A stretch of DNA of 64,000 nucleotides, from IMG/VR virus record IMGVR_UViG_3300037400_001617. One strand, 5' to 3'. Made by a program: the position numbers and the translations under genes. The DNA comes from a virus (Duplodnaviria > Caudoviricetes). Of the stretch, positions 8,523 to 18,892 are shown piece after piece. A model generated the notes under the pieces. The model was given only the letters and a program-made list of their open reading frames with translations. It was not told the DNA's origin and ran no database searches. Position 1 is the stretch's first letter. The number at the start of each line of letters is the position of its first letter.

Positions 8523-9239
8523 ATGAACAATAACCCGTTAGATAGTATCAAACTGCCCGAACTTCATAAAGTCACAATTCCCTCAATCGATAAAGACAAG
8601 ATACCACAGGAGAAAGTGACTATCTCTAAAGAACAGGAAGTTGAATGGGCTAAAGACCTTATACTCAGAGCAACAAACAATACGTATCTGCTGGAAGAGG
8701 GAGAGAAAGATCCTTCTATCGAGATGAAAGAGAAGCTCGATAAGATGTCAGATGATGAGGTACTTGAGATGGCTGAAAAAGTTGGAGAGTGTATCCACAA
8801 GATGGTTCAAAGAAAGAAAGAAGAAGAAGCAACTTTCAGTATGAAAGCTAAGGCAGAACTACATGAAGAGGATGGAGAGATCGTAGCGAATCCTACCAAA
8901 GTCATTAGCTTCAGTCCTGTAGATATAAATGCGGAGTTACTTTCACCTATAATTAAGGAAAGACTTAGTGCAGAACTTGGTATAGGAGAGATTCCAGATG
9001 ATCTTGAGACACAAGTACATCTGTGCAGAACATGGCTCAAGTCTAAAAACTTCTTTGAGCTTCCTGTTGAAGAGATGTATGATTGGCAAGTTATACTGCT
9101 CACGACATCAGCTTTAGACGATAAGCTTGAAATGTATCATAATCTTGCAAGTATGACCACTAAAGATGTCGAGGAAGCTTCTAAGGATTATGAGACTATG
9201 CTTAATAACTTCAATACTGTATTCGGTAAACAAGACTGA
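8523..9239 (+). CDS. hypothetical protein
   Basis: SD GGAGGA before ATG 8523; late-like motif GACA-N6-TA at 8459-8470 followed by a 5' hairpin. Confidence 0.8.
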   Translation: MNNNPLDSIKLPELHKVTIPSIDKDKIPQEKVTISKEQEVEWAKDLILRATNNTYLLEEGEKDPSIEMKEKLDKMSDDEVLEMAEKVGECIHKMVQRKKEEEATFSMKAKAELHEEDGEIVANPTKVISFSPVDINAELLSPIIKERLSAELGIGEIPDDLETQVHLCRTWLKSKNFFELPVEEMYDWQVILLTTSALDDKLEMYHNLASMTTKDVEEASKDYETMLNNFNTVFGKQD

Positions 9240-9244
9240 CATTA

Positions 9245-9252
9245 TATATTAT
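9245..9252 (+). promoter_or_regulatory. early promoter motif TATATTAT
   Basis: Precedes the RNase H operon and is followed by a long 5' hairpin. Confidence 0.65.
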
Positions 9253-9310
9253 AGAGGCGAGTCCCAAGGATATGTCCTTGGGGCATCTCTATTGAAAGGA
9301 GGAATGAGGC

Positions 9311-10147
9311 ATGATTTCATATGCCGACGAAGGGAGCAATCATCCCAAACACGACGTCGTGTGTATTTTTACTGATGGTGGTATACACGACGGACAATCA
9401 TCAGCATCATCAGTTATAGGGCTTCTTAGAAACGATGGAAGTAATGAGCCCTGTTTGGATAAGATAGAAATCTTCTCCAAGTATCACGACAACTCTACAA
9501 ACAACATCGCAGAGCTGTCGGCTATTCTCTTCGGTATAGAGAAAGCCTTTGAGCGTTATAAGAGTTCTGACGATCATACTTACGCATATCTGATCTTCTC
9601 GGACTCTGAATACGCAATTCATTCTTTAACAGAGTGGGTCTTCGGATGGTACAAGACCTACACATGTGAAAAGAAGAATGGCATCGTAGTTCCTTACATG
9701 CTCACTAAGTGTGGTACGCCAGTTAAGAACTGCGAGATTATCAGTGCTATCATAGGAATGATAGTACATCATCAGGATTGGTTTACCTTCCTACAATTTG
9801 TTAATGTGAAGGGTCACACTTGGAAGAAGGGTGGCGTAGAAGAACAGATGGCATACTATAGAAAGGCTAACCAGACTGATATAACAAAGAAAGAAGCTAT
9901 CTTCGTGACGAAGTACAATCACATCGTCGACAGAGTAGCTTCTAATGTTTGTGATTGGGTCCAGGACAATGGATTCGACATAAACTTCGACGACAATGGG
10001 GATCCATGTATGCGTTTCACTGTAAAGGGTATGGACTTCAATGTCTATGATTCCGTAAATGACGGTGTAAGATACTCAAAGTATATGATACTCACTGATG
10101 CTATAATGAGATTGTATAGAGAGATCTTAAACCAGACGCCGTTCTAA
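9311..10147 (+). CDS. rnhA: ribonuclease HI
   Basis: IFTDGG, TNNIAELSAI, IFSDSEY, VKN, VKGH and NHIVDRVA motifs. Confidence 0.92.
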   Translation: MISYADEGSNHPKHDVVCIFTDGGIHDGQSSASSVIGLLRNDGSNEPCLDKIEIFSKYHDNSTNNIAELSAILFGIEKAFERYKSSDDHTYAYLIFSDSEYAIHSLTEWVFGWYKTYTCEKKNGIVVPYMLTKCGTPVKNCEIISAIIGMIVHHQDWFTFLQFVNVKGHTWKKGGVEEQMAYYRKANQTDITKKEAIFVTKYNHIVDRVASNVCDWVQDNGFDINFDDNGDPCMRFTVKGMDFNVYDSVNDGVRYSKYMILTDAIMRLYREILNQTPF

Positions 10148-10164
10148 TGAAAGGAGAAAGAACT

Positions 10165-10695
10165 ATGTTGACGTTAAACGAAATGATCGATAACGCAGTT
10201 GCAAGACTTTCTATCAAGTCTTATGACATAGTGAGCATAATAGATCTTTCTAATGTTAAGGCGAACTATTCTTCGTTCTACCATTATAATCTAAACAACT
10301 GCTTTATGGTAGAATATGATAAGTACTTTGACATACATTACTGCTTCATATGTGATAACGGCTTTGTTGTTGAATATGAAGAAGAAAGATATGTTGTAAA
10401 TCCCCATGACACCTATAATATCTATAACATAATGGTTCTCTATGGTGTTATGGGCTATAAGCAAAACGATATAGCTAAAGCACTGAACACTTCTGTGTCT
10501 ACTATAGGAAATAGAATAAAGATAATCAAGCAGATATTAGAGGTATCTGATATAAAAGATTTAGATCCAGAAGATGTTGTCAAGATCAAATATGACCGTA
10601 CCCACTTACGATTATCTGATCTAAGCAACAAGTTGCAAGCAATCATCGATAAGTACGAAAGGAGAAAGAACGATGAGAATGTCGATAATGACTAA
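10165..10695 (+). CDS. helix-turn-helix protein (sigma-70 region 4/LuxR-like HTH)
   Basis: GYKQNDIAKALNTSVSTIGNRI. Confidence 0.7.
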   Translation: MLTLNEMIDNAVARLSIKSYDIVSIIDLSNVKANYSSFYHYNLNNCFMVEYDKYFDIHYCFICDNGFVVEYEEERYVVNPHDTYNIYNIMVLYGVMGYKQNDIAKALNTSVSTIGNRIKIIKQILEVSDIKDLDPEDVVKIKYDRTHLRLSDLSNKLQAIIDKYERRKNDENVDND

Positions 10696-11098
10696 GGCTA
10701 ACAAAGCCGCTAAAAGACTGGGTATCCGTCCTAGTCAGATCACACATATTCACGATCTCTCAGAAGTCTCCTCAGAGGGAGCTAAGGGAATCATGATCGT
10801 GTTTCAGGTAGCAGATGAGAAGTATGCTGCCATTGTAAGCGACAACGGCCACATTAAGAAGTGGATTGTTGGCGAGAGACATGACAAGGTTGTTAATATG
10901 TCTGCAAAGACTAAGAAGTCTATGAGACTCAATAACAATCAGTACATCATCTTTCTGTTATACGCCTATGGCTTTACCCAGAGAGCAATAGCTCGTCTGA
11001 TGGGTTGCAGTATGGAGCCTATTAACAGAAGAATATCGAACATTCGCCTCATGCTGGAGACAGCTAGTGTAGGCGACGAACTTGAAGAAGAGGACTAA
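10673..11098 (+). CDS. helix-turn-helix protein
   Basis: GFTQRAIARLMGCSMEPINRRI. Confidence 0.7.
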   Translation: MRMSIMTKANKAAKRLGIRPSQITHIHDLSEVSSEGAKGIMIVFQVADEKYAAIVSDNGHIKKWIVGERHDKVVNMSAKTKKSMRLNNNQYIIFLLYAYGFTQRAIARLMGCSMEPINRRISNIRLMLETASVGDELEEED

Positions 11099-11102
11099 TC
11101 TG

Positions 11103-11393
11103 ATGGATATGGATATATTTGAACGTGGATATACAGCTTGTACAATGTTAGGGGTTGATCCTAGCACTGTTATTGGTGTAAGATCTATATCTACAGAGGA
11201 GAAAGAAGATGTCGGAATAGCATTGGATTGTGGCGATTGTATACACGTTCGCATCGACAAGTTTATGAAATGCTACAAGAAAACCGACGATATCTCTATA
11301 CTCGTAGAGATGTACAAGGACGGTATCGAAAGATCTCATATAGCTCAGATCTTCGATATATCGATAAAGACTGTTAACGCATTCACAAAATAA
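11103..11393 (+). CDS. helix-turn-helix protein
   Basis: GIERSHIAQIFDISIKTVNAF. Confidence 0.65.
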   Translation: MDMDIFERGYTACTMLGVDPSTVIGVRSISTEEKEDVGIALDCGDCIHVRIDKFMKCYKKTDDISILVEMYKDGIERSHIAQIFDISIKTVNAFTK

Positions 11394-11406
11394 TGGAGGT
11401 AATCAC

Positions 11407-13116
11407 ATGATTAAGTTTGAAATTGAAGGAACCACAAACAAGGAGTCATCATACGCTACTATTGGCGTAGACATCGATCCTAATACAGAACACCACACTC
11501 ATGCAGACTTCGATGTACAGTCTACAGATCATACTTCTGTATTCAGAATTAGTGGAATACCGATCGCTATGATCAATCACGATGTCAATAAAGAATACAA
11601 AAGTTTTAAGCCTACCGATACTTTCAAGCTTCTCGGAACCGACTCTACAGGAAACACAAAACAGTTCGATGTAGTTACGGTAGCAAGAAACGGTGTAACC
11701 GTACATGCTAACGGAATGTATAAGAACCTAGGTTTTCTCGAAGGCATCGGAGATACCATATGGGATGAATGCTATGACAAGCATCCTGTGTTCAATGGAA
11801 TGGAGTATACTGCCGAGATGGATGGCAACAGCTTTAACAATCCGTTCCTTGAATATAAGAGATTAAAAACTCTTCCTGATGTAAAAGCAAAAGTCGTACG
11901 TTCTAAGTACGAAGGAATCAACACTCAGAAGATTATCGTAGGAAACTACGATATCGTAGCAAGGGTTGAGGATGGAGAGATTGTAAATATGAACTTCCCC
12001 AGAATCAATCAGTGTATCGATATAAGCGATTCTGGTGACGATTCGTTTGGATCTACTGTGGTTAAGGTAAATCATAAGATCACTGATATACGTCAGTCAA
12101 AGCTTGTAGCCCATGTAGCTTATGTTACTGGAACAGGTATAGTAATAGAATCCTTGGCAGACGGAAACGATGAATACGAAATAGCTATTGGTAAGAAGGC
12201 TGAGAAGCTTGTCTTATCGATACTGAAGTCCAGCGATTATATGTCAACATGGATCGCAAAGGGTGCTCATAACTATGACCATATCAATGTCTACTACATC
12301 ACTCTGAACCAGAACTACGAAGACGTTAAAGAGTACTTCTATATATCGGATCACTCTTCTTTCTGGGCTCTCTATAGAGCAGATCTGAGAGAGGGCGAAC
12401 CTGTTCCGATCAAGATTACATTGGAAAATCTCAAAGTCAACGAGGGAGATAAGTACACATATATGAATACATACTATGACGACTTTGGTGATATAGTGTT
12501 TGAGAAGACGATCGTGGACGGAACAAATGAGTCACACTACACTGAAACAACCAAGAACTATAAGTTGGTATGTGATGTAGAGCATACGAAAGACGAGTCA
12601 AAGTACTCTATAACCATCAATAGAGAAACTGGTGGTGGCGCTCACATTGCAGCTATAATCGAACGTCTCGCCGATATTGCTAAATATGGTGCAGATAAGT
12701 ATGTGGATGCTCTTGAATCTATTATCGAGTACAACGACAATGGCTACTTCCAGCCTATAAACATGTATCGTTATCTTACAAAGATCGAGAGTATCTGTAA
12801 GAATCCTCAGAATGCTCTGAGATGGAACTATACTCTCTTTAATCCTAAGCGCAGCAAACAGTGCATTGATATTGATCTGTTACTTAACCCTGGCGACATA
12901 TTCGGCTTAGCAAGACTTATACTCTGGCATAAGGATGTCTATGAACATGGCCCATGTGAAGAATATAAGCTTCTCGAGAAGATAGAATGGAATTCATTCA
13001 TGCTTCCAAGCGACTTCAAGTGCGAAGAAGAACCGAAACGTGAAAGAAGACTATACAGAAGACATGTGTCTAATGCGTGCGAAGCAATGGCTATGGACGT
13101 GGACGTAGACGACTAA
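11407..13116 (+). CDS. hypothetical protein
   Basis: 569-aa ORF, SD GGAGGT; no recognisable motif. Confidence 0.8.
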   Translation: MIKFEIEGTTNKESSYATIGVDIDPNTEHHTHADFDVQSTDHTSVFRISGIPIAMINHDVNKEYKSFKPTDTFKLLGTDSTGNTKQFDVVTVARNGVTVHANGMYKNLGFLEGIGDTIWDECYDKHPVFNGMEYTAEMDGNSFNNPFLEYKRLKTLPDVKAKVVRSKYEGINTQKIIVGNYDIVARVEDGEIVNMNFPRINQCIDISDSGDDSFGSTVVKVNHKITDIRQSKLVAHVAYVTGTGIVIESLADGNDEYEIAIGKKAEKLVLSILKSSDYMSTWIAKGAHNYDHINVYYITLNQNYEDVKEYFYISDHSSFWALYRADLREGEPVPIKITLENLKVNEGDKYTYMNTYYDDFGDIVFEKTIVDGTNESHYTETTKNYKLVCDVEHTKDESKYSITINRETGGGAHIAAIIERLADIAKYGADKYVDALESIIEYNDNGYFQPINMYRYLTKIESICKNPQNALRWNYTLFNPKRSKQCIDIDLLLNPGDIFGLARLILWHKDVYEHGPCEEYKLLEKIEWNSFMLPSDFKCEEEPKRERRLYRRHVSNACEAMAMDVDVDD

Positions 13117-13120
13117 GACA

Positions 13121-13205
13121 CAAAGGAATGGCTAGAGCACAACGCTCTAGCCAACCCAATTTATTTTTTAGAAAGGAAGTGCACATGAACACATCTTCAA
13201 CCCTT
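13121..13205 (-). ncRNA. candidate ~85-nt late small RNA
   Basis: Minus-strand late motif AACA taatga TA at 13205-13216, a 5' hairpin containing CACUUCCUUUCU, then the bidirectional hairpin at about 13125-13157. Confidence 0.4.
13125..13169. terminator. bidirectional terminator
   Basis: TGGCTAGAGC-ACAAC-GCTCTAGCCA with TTATTTTTT on plus and TTCCTTTG on minus. Confidence 0.7.
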
Positions 13206-13284
13206 ATCATTATGTTACCTGAACAGACTAAATCACTATTGTCTGAACTTTATAATAATCAAATCAGATAAAGGAGGGCTTAAC

Positions 13285-14226
13285 ATGCCTAAGAACTATG
13301 GTACAACTTACTTATACAACAAGTTCCCCTATGAGGAGAAGATCTTCAAGTTCATCATGAACGCTGAGCAGATTCCTGTAATGGATAGCTCGTTCGACGA
13401 TGTGAAGTATGAGTTCAAGAAGAGACAGCTCTCTCCTGCACTCAGTAAAGTTCTTATAAGTAAAAACGTTATTCTTCTTTCCGCTAAGGATGGAAGACCT
13501 GTAAATACTCAGTTCCGTGTATTCTGCTGCAAGGATATCAGAAGTAAGTCGAACGACCTTAAGGTCTTCGTAGACGTTACTGGTCTGATATACAGAGACA
13601 AGGAAAGCAATGAGTTTAAGTGTCGCAATATCGACATACTCATAGCCAATATCGTGAATGCTATGGTAACTCTTATCTACCACAAAGCAGAGGACAAGAT
13701 CCTCACTACTACTATCATACATCAGGCTATGGACGCTTTCTCTAGCCTTATGACTTATATAGTAGACTACCTCACTCATATATCCACCATTCCTTCAACA
13801 AAGAGCAAGTGTCAGTATCTCTGCTGCATGTACTTCGTAAGGAATATTCTTTACAGAAACTTCGACAACAATATGAAGCGTGTAGCTGGTCAGATCTGCG
13901 GTCTGTCTGAAAGAGAACAGGATATGATCATCGCTAGCGTAGATGAAGAGGACGATTTCATCAATCTCAAGTTCTTCATCGAATGCCTCGCTAAATCTAT
14001 CAAGTCACCTAGTCTCAAGATAGACAACATTGTGGACAAGTGGATGTTCTGCTTCGGCTCTAACACTCCATTTGCTATGGAGTACTTCCCTGCATTATCA
14101 GCTATGCTGACAGATGCATATACTGGTGCATATATGAACAACCAGAAGACAATCGAAAAGGTAGTTGGAAACATTCTCGTATCATATACTAAAGCTGTCA
14201 TTGAGAAAGGTAGTGTATTAGTATGA
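13285..14226 (+). CDS. late hypothetical (probable virion) protein
   Basis: 313 aa, late motif at 13246-13257, SD AAAGGAGG; first gene of a structural operon. Confidence 0.75.
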   Translation: MPKNYGTTYLYNKFPYEEKIFKFIMNAEQIPVMDSSFDDVKYEFKKRQLSPALSKVLISKNVILLSAKDGRPVNTQFRVFCCKDIRSKSNDLKVFVDVTGLIYRDKESNEFKCRNIDILIANIVNAMVTLIYHKAEDKILTTTIIHQAMDAFSSLMTYIVDYLTHISTIPSTKSKCQYLCCMYFVRNILYRNFDNNMKRVAGQICGLSEREQDMIIASVDEEDDFINLKFFIECLAKSIKSPSLKIDNIVDKWMFCFGSNTPFAMEYFPALSAMLTDAYTGAYMNNQKTIEKVVGNILVSYTKAVIEKGSVLV

Positions 14227-17201
14227 GCAACTTCATAAGAGATGTGTCTGCTCGTTCAAGGGATATCCCCTTGAACGGGCTTCCAGCTGTATATGAAGAC
14301 TATGTATACCCTTCGGATACTACGAACAACTACGAAGAACTCGGTAGTACTAGTCATATCTTTAATCAGCAGCCTATACAGCAGGTAGACTCATATTATA
14401 ATAACCTCTATAGACACACTATAGAGAAACTTAGATCATGCACAGAGACATGGAATGATTACCATAACGCTAATGCTGTTCCTTTCTACATCAAGGAACC
14501 AGTATCTGCAAGAATAAACGATGATACTCTTCATATGAGGATCAACTCTGAAGACAGCAATACCTTTGTTCCAGATGCTTCTACTTTTCTTGTAGAGGAC
14601 CATATCATGAATGACAAGGATCTTGTTGCTAATAATGAGATTGAGACAACAAAGAGATTCACATATCGTCTCAACTTCAATCCCTATATGAACAATACCG
14701 AGAATCTTGAGGTAATGCATGAAGGACATGCACTTAAGTTTATAAATGGTACTATCCATATAGTCTCCAGTTATGCTGTCCCTCCAGTAGATGAGAATGA
14801 TGAAGGTACACTCGATACCCTCACAAGCTTAAAGGACACTGTACTGGACTTCAATATATCCAAAGCTATCGAAGCTTCCAAGTTCAACGATACATTCCTT
14901 ATCGATATAGCACCTACAGTATCTCAGGAAGAAGATCTTAAGATAACAACTGATACACCTTTGGATCTTGGTACTATTATAGATACTGGTATACCTTGCA
15001 CACAAGAAGAACTTTGGAAGAGAGGAATCATAGCACCGTTTCTGTTCTTTATAGACGGTCATCCTCTTGCATGGCATAATGTAGTCTTCACAACCGACAA
15101 GAGAGACACTTATGTCACTTTCATACTCAGATACAATCACATTAAGTCTATAGTATCTAACGACCCCTATATCAGATGTGTCGGATTCCCATTCCCTATA
15201 TACTATATCACACCATATCACTGGGAAGATTACGATATAGAAGGTAAGTATGATCTCTTCTGTTGGAAGGGATATGATGATGATTGGTGTGATCATATCT
15301 ATCCTACTAGCAATCAGAGACAAGCTGCTAGTAACTATCTTCTCTATGCCATCTATCCAGCAGTAGATAATGTATACGTAGAGGATATCAATGTAGAGTT
15401 TAGCAAACTTCGCAAGGCTAATACTACATCCAACCCTCTGTACTACAACTACAAGATATCTACAAGCAAACTTCCTTATGAAAACAAGATCAAACGTACC
15501 AATGTTTTCTCACTGTTCTATTCTAAGGACTGTAAGAACAACACTACTGCTAGAGGAATCATCTCTGAGTTCGATGATGAAGAGAAGATAAAACTTACTT
15601 GGCATCCTTTCAATCATCTCAACTTTACAGTTGATCCTTCTACAATAGATTACGTTGAAGACTACTATGAAGATGAGAGGATCAACATCGATGGAATGTA
15701 CTTCAGAATCTTCTATAACAAGAAGGTTGTATATGACCAAGATAATGTCATGAGACTCTGGAACAAGACCAGGGTAAACCAAGACTATGAGAGATATGTA
15801 GCATCTCTTGAGTCTAATATCAAGCTTTTCATCGATCGTATATACAATCTAGCTCAAGATCCTGTATGGCAAATACATACAGACATAATGCACTTCGACA
15901 ATATGGAAGAAGGCTCTACTCCTATAGATGAGTTTCTTTGGTACAGCAACCAAGAAACAAAAGTTAAGCTTCACGAGATAGCAGATGAGATGTTTGAGTC
16001 TGACTCAGAGCTGATCAAGAACACTATATCTTCTATCATAGATGATGCATCTGTAGAGAACTTCAATACAGATGCTTTAGATGAATGGTGCTTACGTAAA
16101 AATCTTCCAGAGATGTTTGTGTATGGCGATAACATGGATCTTATCATCAATAACATGGGATTACTGGAAGAGGTGTTTGATTTCAAGTATCGTGATTACA
16201 ACGATTACTTCAGAGATCTATATGATGCCACTAACTATATTATCGGATACGATCCAGACAAACTTGAAAAGACTATCATACATCCTACATTCAGTTATAC
16301 TAAGACTGGTAAAGAGCTGTATGGTATGGTATATGAAGACGATACATACGGTCCTTCTATCAAATTCCCTATGGCTGAATGTGATGGTAGAGAATCATAC
16401 CTTATGCTGTTCCATAATGGAGAACTGTACAGGAATTATAACTCGATTCGTTATGACGGTTTCTTCATATACTTCAATATGTCAAAAGACATCGACGTAT
16501 TAAACTCTGATGATGACAAATGGGAGTTCGTATGGTTCAGAAACGTTAACAATGGAGTCTACGAGACTACTTACTACAATCATACATCGGATAAGCTTGC
16601 TACTATGTACGCAACTACTGGTAGTATAGTCACTCAACAGACTGGATATAAAGTAATTGGATGCAATACTGATGTATTCGATCCAGAGGATCTTGTCGTT
16701 ATGACAAACATAATCAACTCGAATCGATACAAAGAAAGAATCAAGAGCAATACAGATGCTGAGTTTAGCAAGACAAAGTATCCATTGTACTATAGACTCT
16801 TCTCATACGAAGGTCATCATGAAGATCCACAGTATAATCACTATGGTGTCTTTAAGTACCTTGCAGACTATAAGCTTAATGGTCTTCATAGAGTATCCAG
16901 ACAGGGTGGAGGAGAGTATTTCATTCAGCCATACATGAGCAGCTTCATGAATAGTAGAAGTGTACTTCACTCTAGCCCCGATCCAAACCCAGACAGAATG
17001 GCAACCTACAAGAGCAGACCAGGACTCGGATCTCATTGTTTCGCGTTCTGTCCGAATACAAGTAATGCGAATATATCATATGAAGGCGATACAAGTGGAA
17101 TGGCTAGTGTATCGAAAGACAATAGCTGGTTCTATGGAACCAATATAACTACCATCAGATGTAGCAATACTTCATATGCTGTTCGTAAGGAAGAAGAATA
17201 A
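14223..17201 (+). CDS. large virion structural protein ending in a BspA-like LRR/C-cap segment
   Basis: 992 aa; recurring LFFIDG/LMLFHNG beta modules; C-terminal GSHCFAFC...WFYGTNITTIRCSN. Confidence 0.65.
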   Translation: MSNFIRDVSARSRDIPLNGLPAVYEDYVYPSDTTNNYEELGSTSHIFNQQPIQQVDSYYNNLYRHTIEKLRSCTETWNDYHNANAVPFYIKEPVSARINDDTLHMRINSEDSNTFVPDASTFLVEDHIMNDKDLVANNEIETTKRFTYRLNFNPYMNNTENLEVMHEGHALKFINGTIHIVSSYAVPPVDENDEGTLDTLTSLKDTVLDFNISKAIEASKFNDTFLIDIAPTVSQEEDLKITTDTPLDLGTIIDTGIPCTQEELWKRGIIAPFLFFIDGHPLAWHNVVFTTDKRDTYVTFILRYNHIKSIVSNDPYIRCVGFPFPIYYITPYHWEDYDIEGKYDLFCWKGYDDDWCDHIYPTSNQRQAASNYLLYAIYPAVDNVYVEDINVEFSKLRKANTTSNPLYYNYKISTSKLPYENKIKRTNVFSLFYSKDCKNNTTARGIISEFDDEEKIKLTWHPFNHLNFTVDPSTIDYVEDYYEDERINIDGMYFRIFYNKKVVYDQDNVMRLWNKTRVNQDYERYVASLESNIKLFIDRIYNLAQDPVWQIHTDIMHFDNMEEGSTPIDEFLWYSNQETKVKLHEIADEMFESDSELIKNTISSIIDDASVENFNTDALDEWCLRKNLPEMFVYGDNMDLIINNMGLLEEVFDFKYRDYNDYFRDLYDATNYIIGYDPDKLEKTIIHPTFSYTKTGKELYGMVYEDDTYGPSIKFPMAECDGRESYLMLFHNGELYRNYNSIRYDGFFIYFNMSKDIDVLNSDDDKWEFVWFRNVNNGVYETTYYNHTSDKLATMYATTGSIVTQQTGYKVIGCNTDVFDPEDLVVMTNIINSNRYKERIKSNTDAEFSKTKYPLYYRLFSYEGHHEDPQYNHYGVFKYLADYKLNGLHRVSRQGGGEYFIQPYMSSFMNSRSVLHSSPDPNPDRMATYKSRPGLGSHCFAFCPNTSNANISYEGDTSGMASVSKDNSWFYGTNITTIRCSNTSYAVRKEEE

Positions 17202-17214
17202 GGAGGTGATATGA

Positions 17215-18810
17215 ATGTCAACAGCAAGAATTTACTGCGGTGCTTCTGAAGAGATTATACGATCTTCTATCACAAGTGATGTAGATACTCTTACAATATA
17301 TGGTGCTGGTTCAAACTACACACTGACTAAAGAGTTTGTTGACGTAGTATTATCTCTTGATGCTACTATAACAACTTATAATCTTGAAGAGATACATGCT
17401 ATCGGAAAGGAAGCTTTTCGATACGTTAAGAACACAGATGGTTCTTCAATCGCTATCAATGCTGACGATACATTAGAAGTGATAGAGCCATTTGCATTTG
17501 GACAATCGAATGTCCTGAGAAGTATAACTCTTCCCAAATCTCTTAAGAGAATAGAGAACTGTGCGTTCTTCGATTCGGCTATAACTACAGTCAAAATCGA
17601 ACACGAAGACAACGTAGCAGCCTTAGAGTACATAGGCATGTCAGCATTCCAAGACTGTACTAGTTTAACTCAATTCGGTAGAGATGGAGCAGAATCGCAG
17701 GGTTACTTTACAGAAGGTCTTAAGGTTATTGATGCGTACGCATTTGCTAGATGCTCAGCATTGACTATAACCTTCCATGCTCCTGCTAGTCTTGAAACTA
17801 TAGGAGCATACGCATTTGCGTGGTCTGGTATAAGCGGATTCGCTCTACAAGAAGGTTTAAACAAGAGGTCAGGTACTTTACCATCGAATGCTGAATTGGA
17901 AGCTCCAGCCAAAATCACACTGTGCTCAAAGCGCCAATTCAGGTACTTTCATGTCGACGTTTCTAACGAAGTTAACAGAATTGAGCTTCCAGAAGAGTTC
18001 GTTACTTGTGTAAATGATGATCAGTTTATGGTATTCAAAAACGGTCGTCTTATACCACATGGTAACGTTATGTCGAGACCTGTAGATGGAACTCCTCTGT
18101 TCAAATATGAGATCTATATAGATACTCCTAATGCTCAGCCAGGTGACGTACTCGATATATTCTATATACCAGAGATACTTACTTCCATCAATAGCTCCGT
18201 AGAGAACTTCTCTCAGTATAAACCTCCAGAGTCTGAGATAGAGGGACTTATAGAGGACTACTCTTTACTCCAACCATATAACTTCCTCCCTGCAGATCAG
18301 AAGGGGTTCATTAAACTCAGCACTCCTCTATACAACTTCAGCAACAAAGACTCTATGTTCATATTCGTCAATGGTAAGAAAGTAGATATAGATCATATAT
18401 ATGATGTGTCTACTGCTACTATGAGGATAACTCAGTTCCTTCAGCCTCTCGACATACTCAACAACGATGAGTCTAAGCATTACCCAATACAACTCCTCAA
18501 CTTCCAAGACAATCATAGAATCAATTCATTCGTATTCTCCAAAGACGGTTTATCACATTCACCAGACCAAGTAAACATTGTACCATTCGAATGCTTGGAA
18601 TCTTACAACAAACTGTCCATTCTTGATAGAATGCTTTACAATCTCCCAATAGATAAACTTGAAGTTCTCTTCCCAATCGAAACAACCGATATGGATGAAG
18701 ATGACTTCATAGGCGTAAAGTATCCTAGAGACACTGTTATAGTACAGAGACTATACAATATCAACAAGGAATCTGGAGACGACGAATGGTGGAGATACAT
18801 TAACAGTTAA
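17215..18810 (+). CDS. BspA-type leucine-rich repeat virion protein
   Basis: Repeats IGKEAF, IEPFAF, LPKSLKRIENCAF, IGMSAFQDCTSL, IDAYAFARC, SLETIGAYAF, followed by FMVFKNG/FIFVNG structural modules. Confidence 0.8.
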   Translation: MSTARIYCGASEEIIRSSITSDVDTLTIYGAGSNYTLTKEFVDVVLSLDATITTYNLEEIHAIGKEAFRYVKNTDGSSIAINADDTLEVIEPFAFGQSNVLRSITLPKSLKRIENCAFFDSAITTVKIEHEDNVAALEYIGMSAFQDCTSLTQFGRDGAESQGYFTEGLKVIDAYAFARCSALTITFHAPASLETIGAYAFAWSGISGFALQEGLNKRSGTLPSNAELEAPAKITLCSKRQFRYFHVDVSNEVNRIELPEEFVTCVNDDQFMVFKNGRLIPHGNVMSRPVDGTPLFKYEIYIDTPNAQPGDVLDIFYIPEILTSINSSVENFSQYKPPESEIEGLIEDYSLLQPYNFLPADQKGFIKLSTPLYNFSNKDSMFIFVNGKKVDIDHIYDVSTATMRITQFLQPLDILNNDESKHYPIQLLNFQDNHRINSFVFSKDGLSHSPDQVNIVPFECLESYNKLSILDRMLYNLPIDKLEVLFPIETTDMDEDDFIGVKYPRDTVIVQRLYNINKESGDDEWWRYINS

Positions 18811-18815
18811 TGATA

Positions 18816-18837
18816 GTGGGTGGAGCAATCCACCCAC
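18816..18837 (+). terminator. GGAGCAATCC hairpin
   Basis: GTGGGTGGA-GCAA-TCCACCCAC; no U-tract. Confidence 0.6.
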
Positions 18838-18892
18838 CATTCTATGACACTGAACTATACTATAATCTATGAAAGGAGATGAAAAGTGTCAA

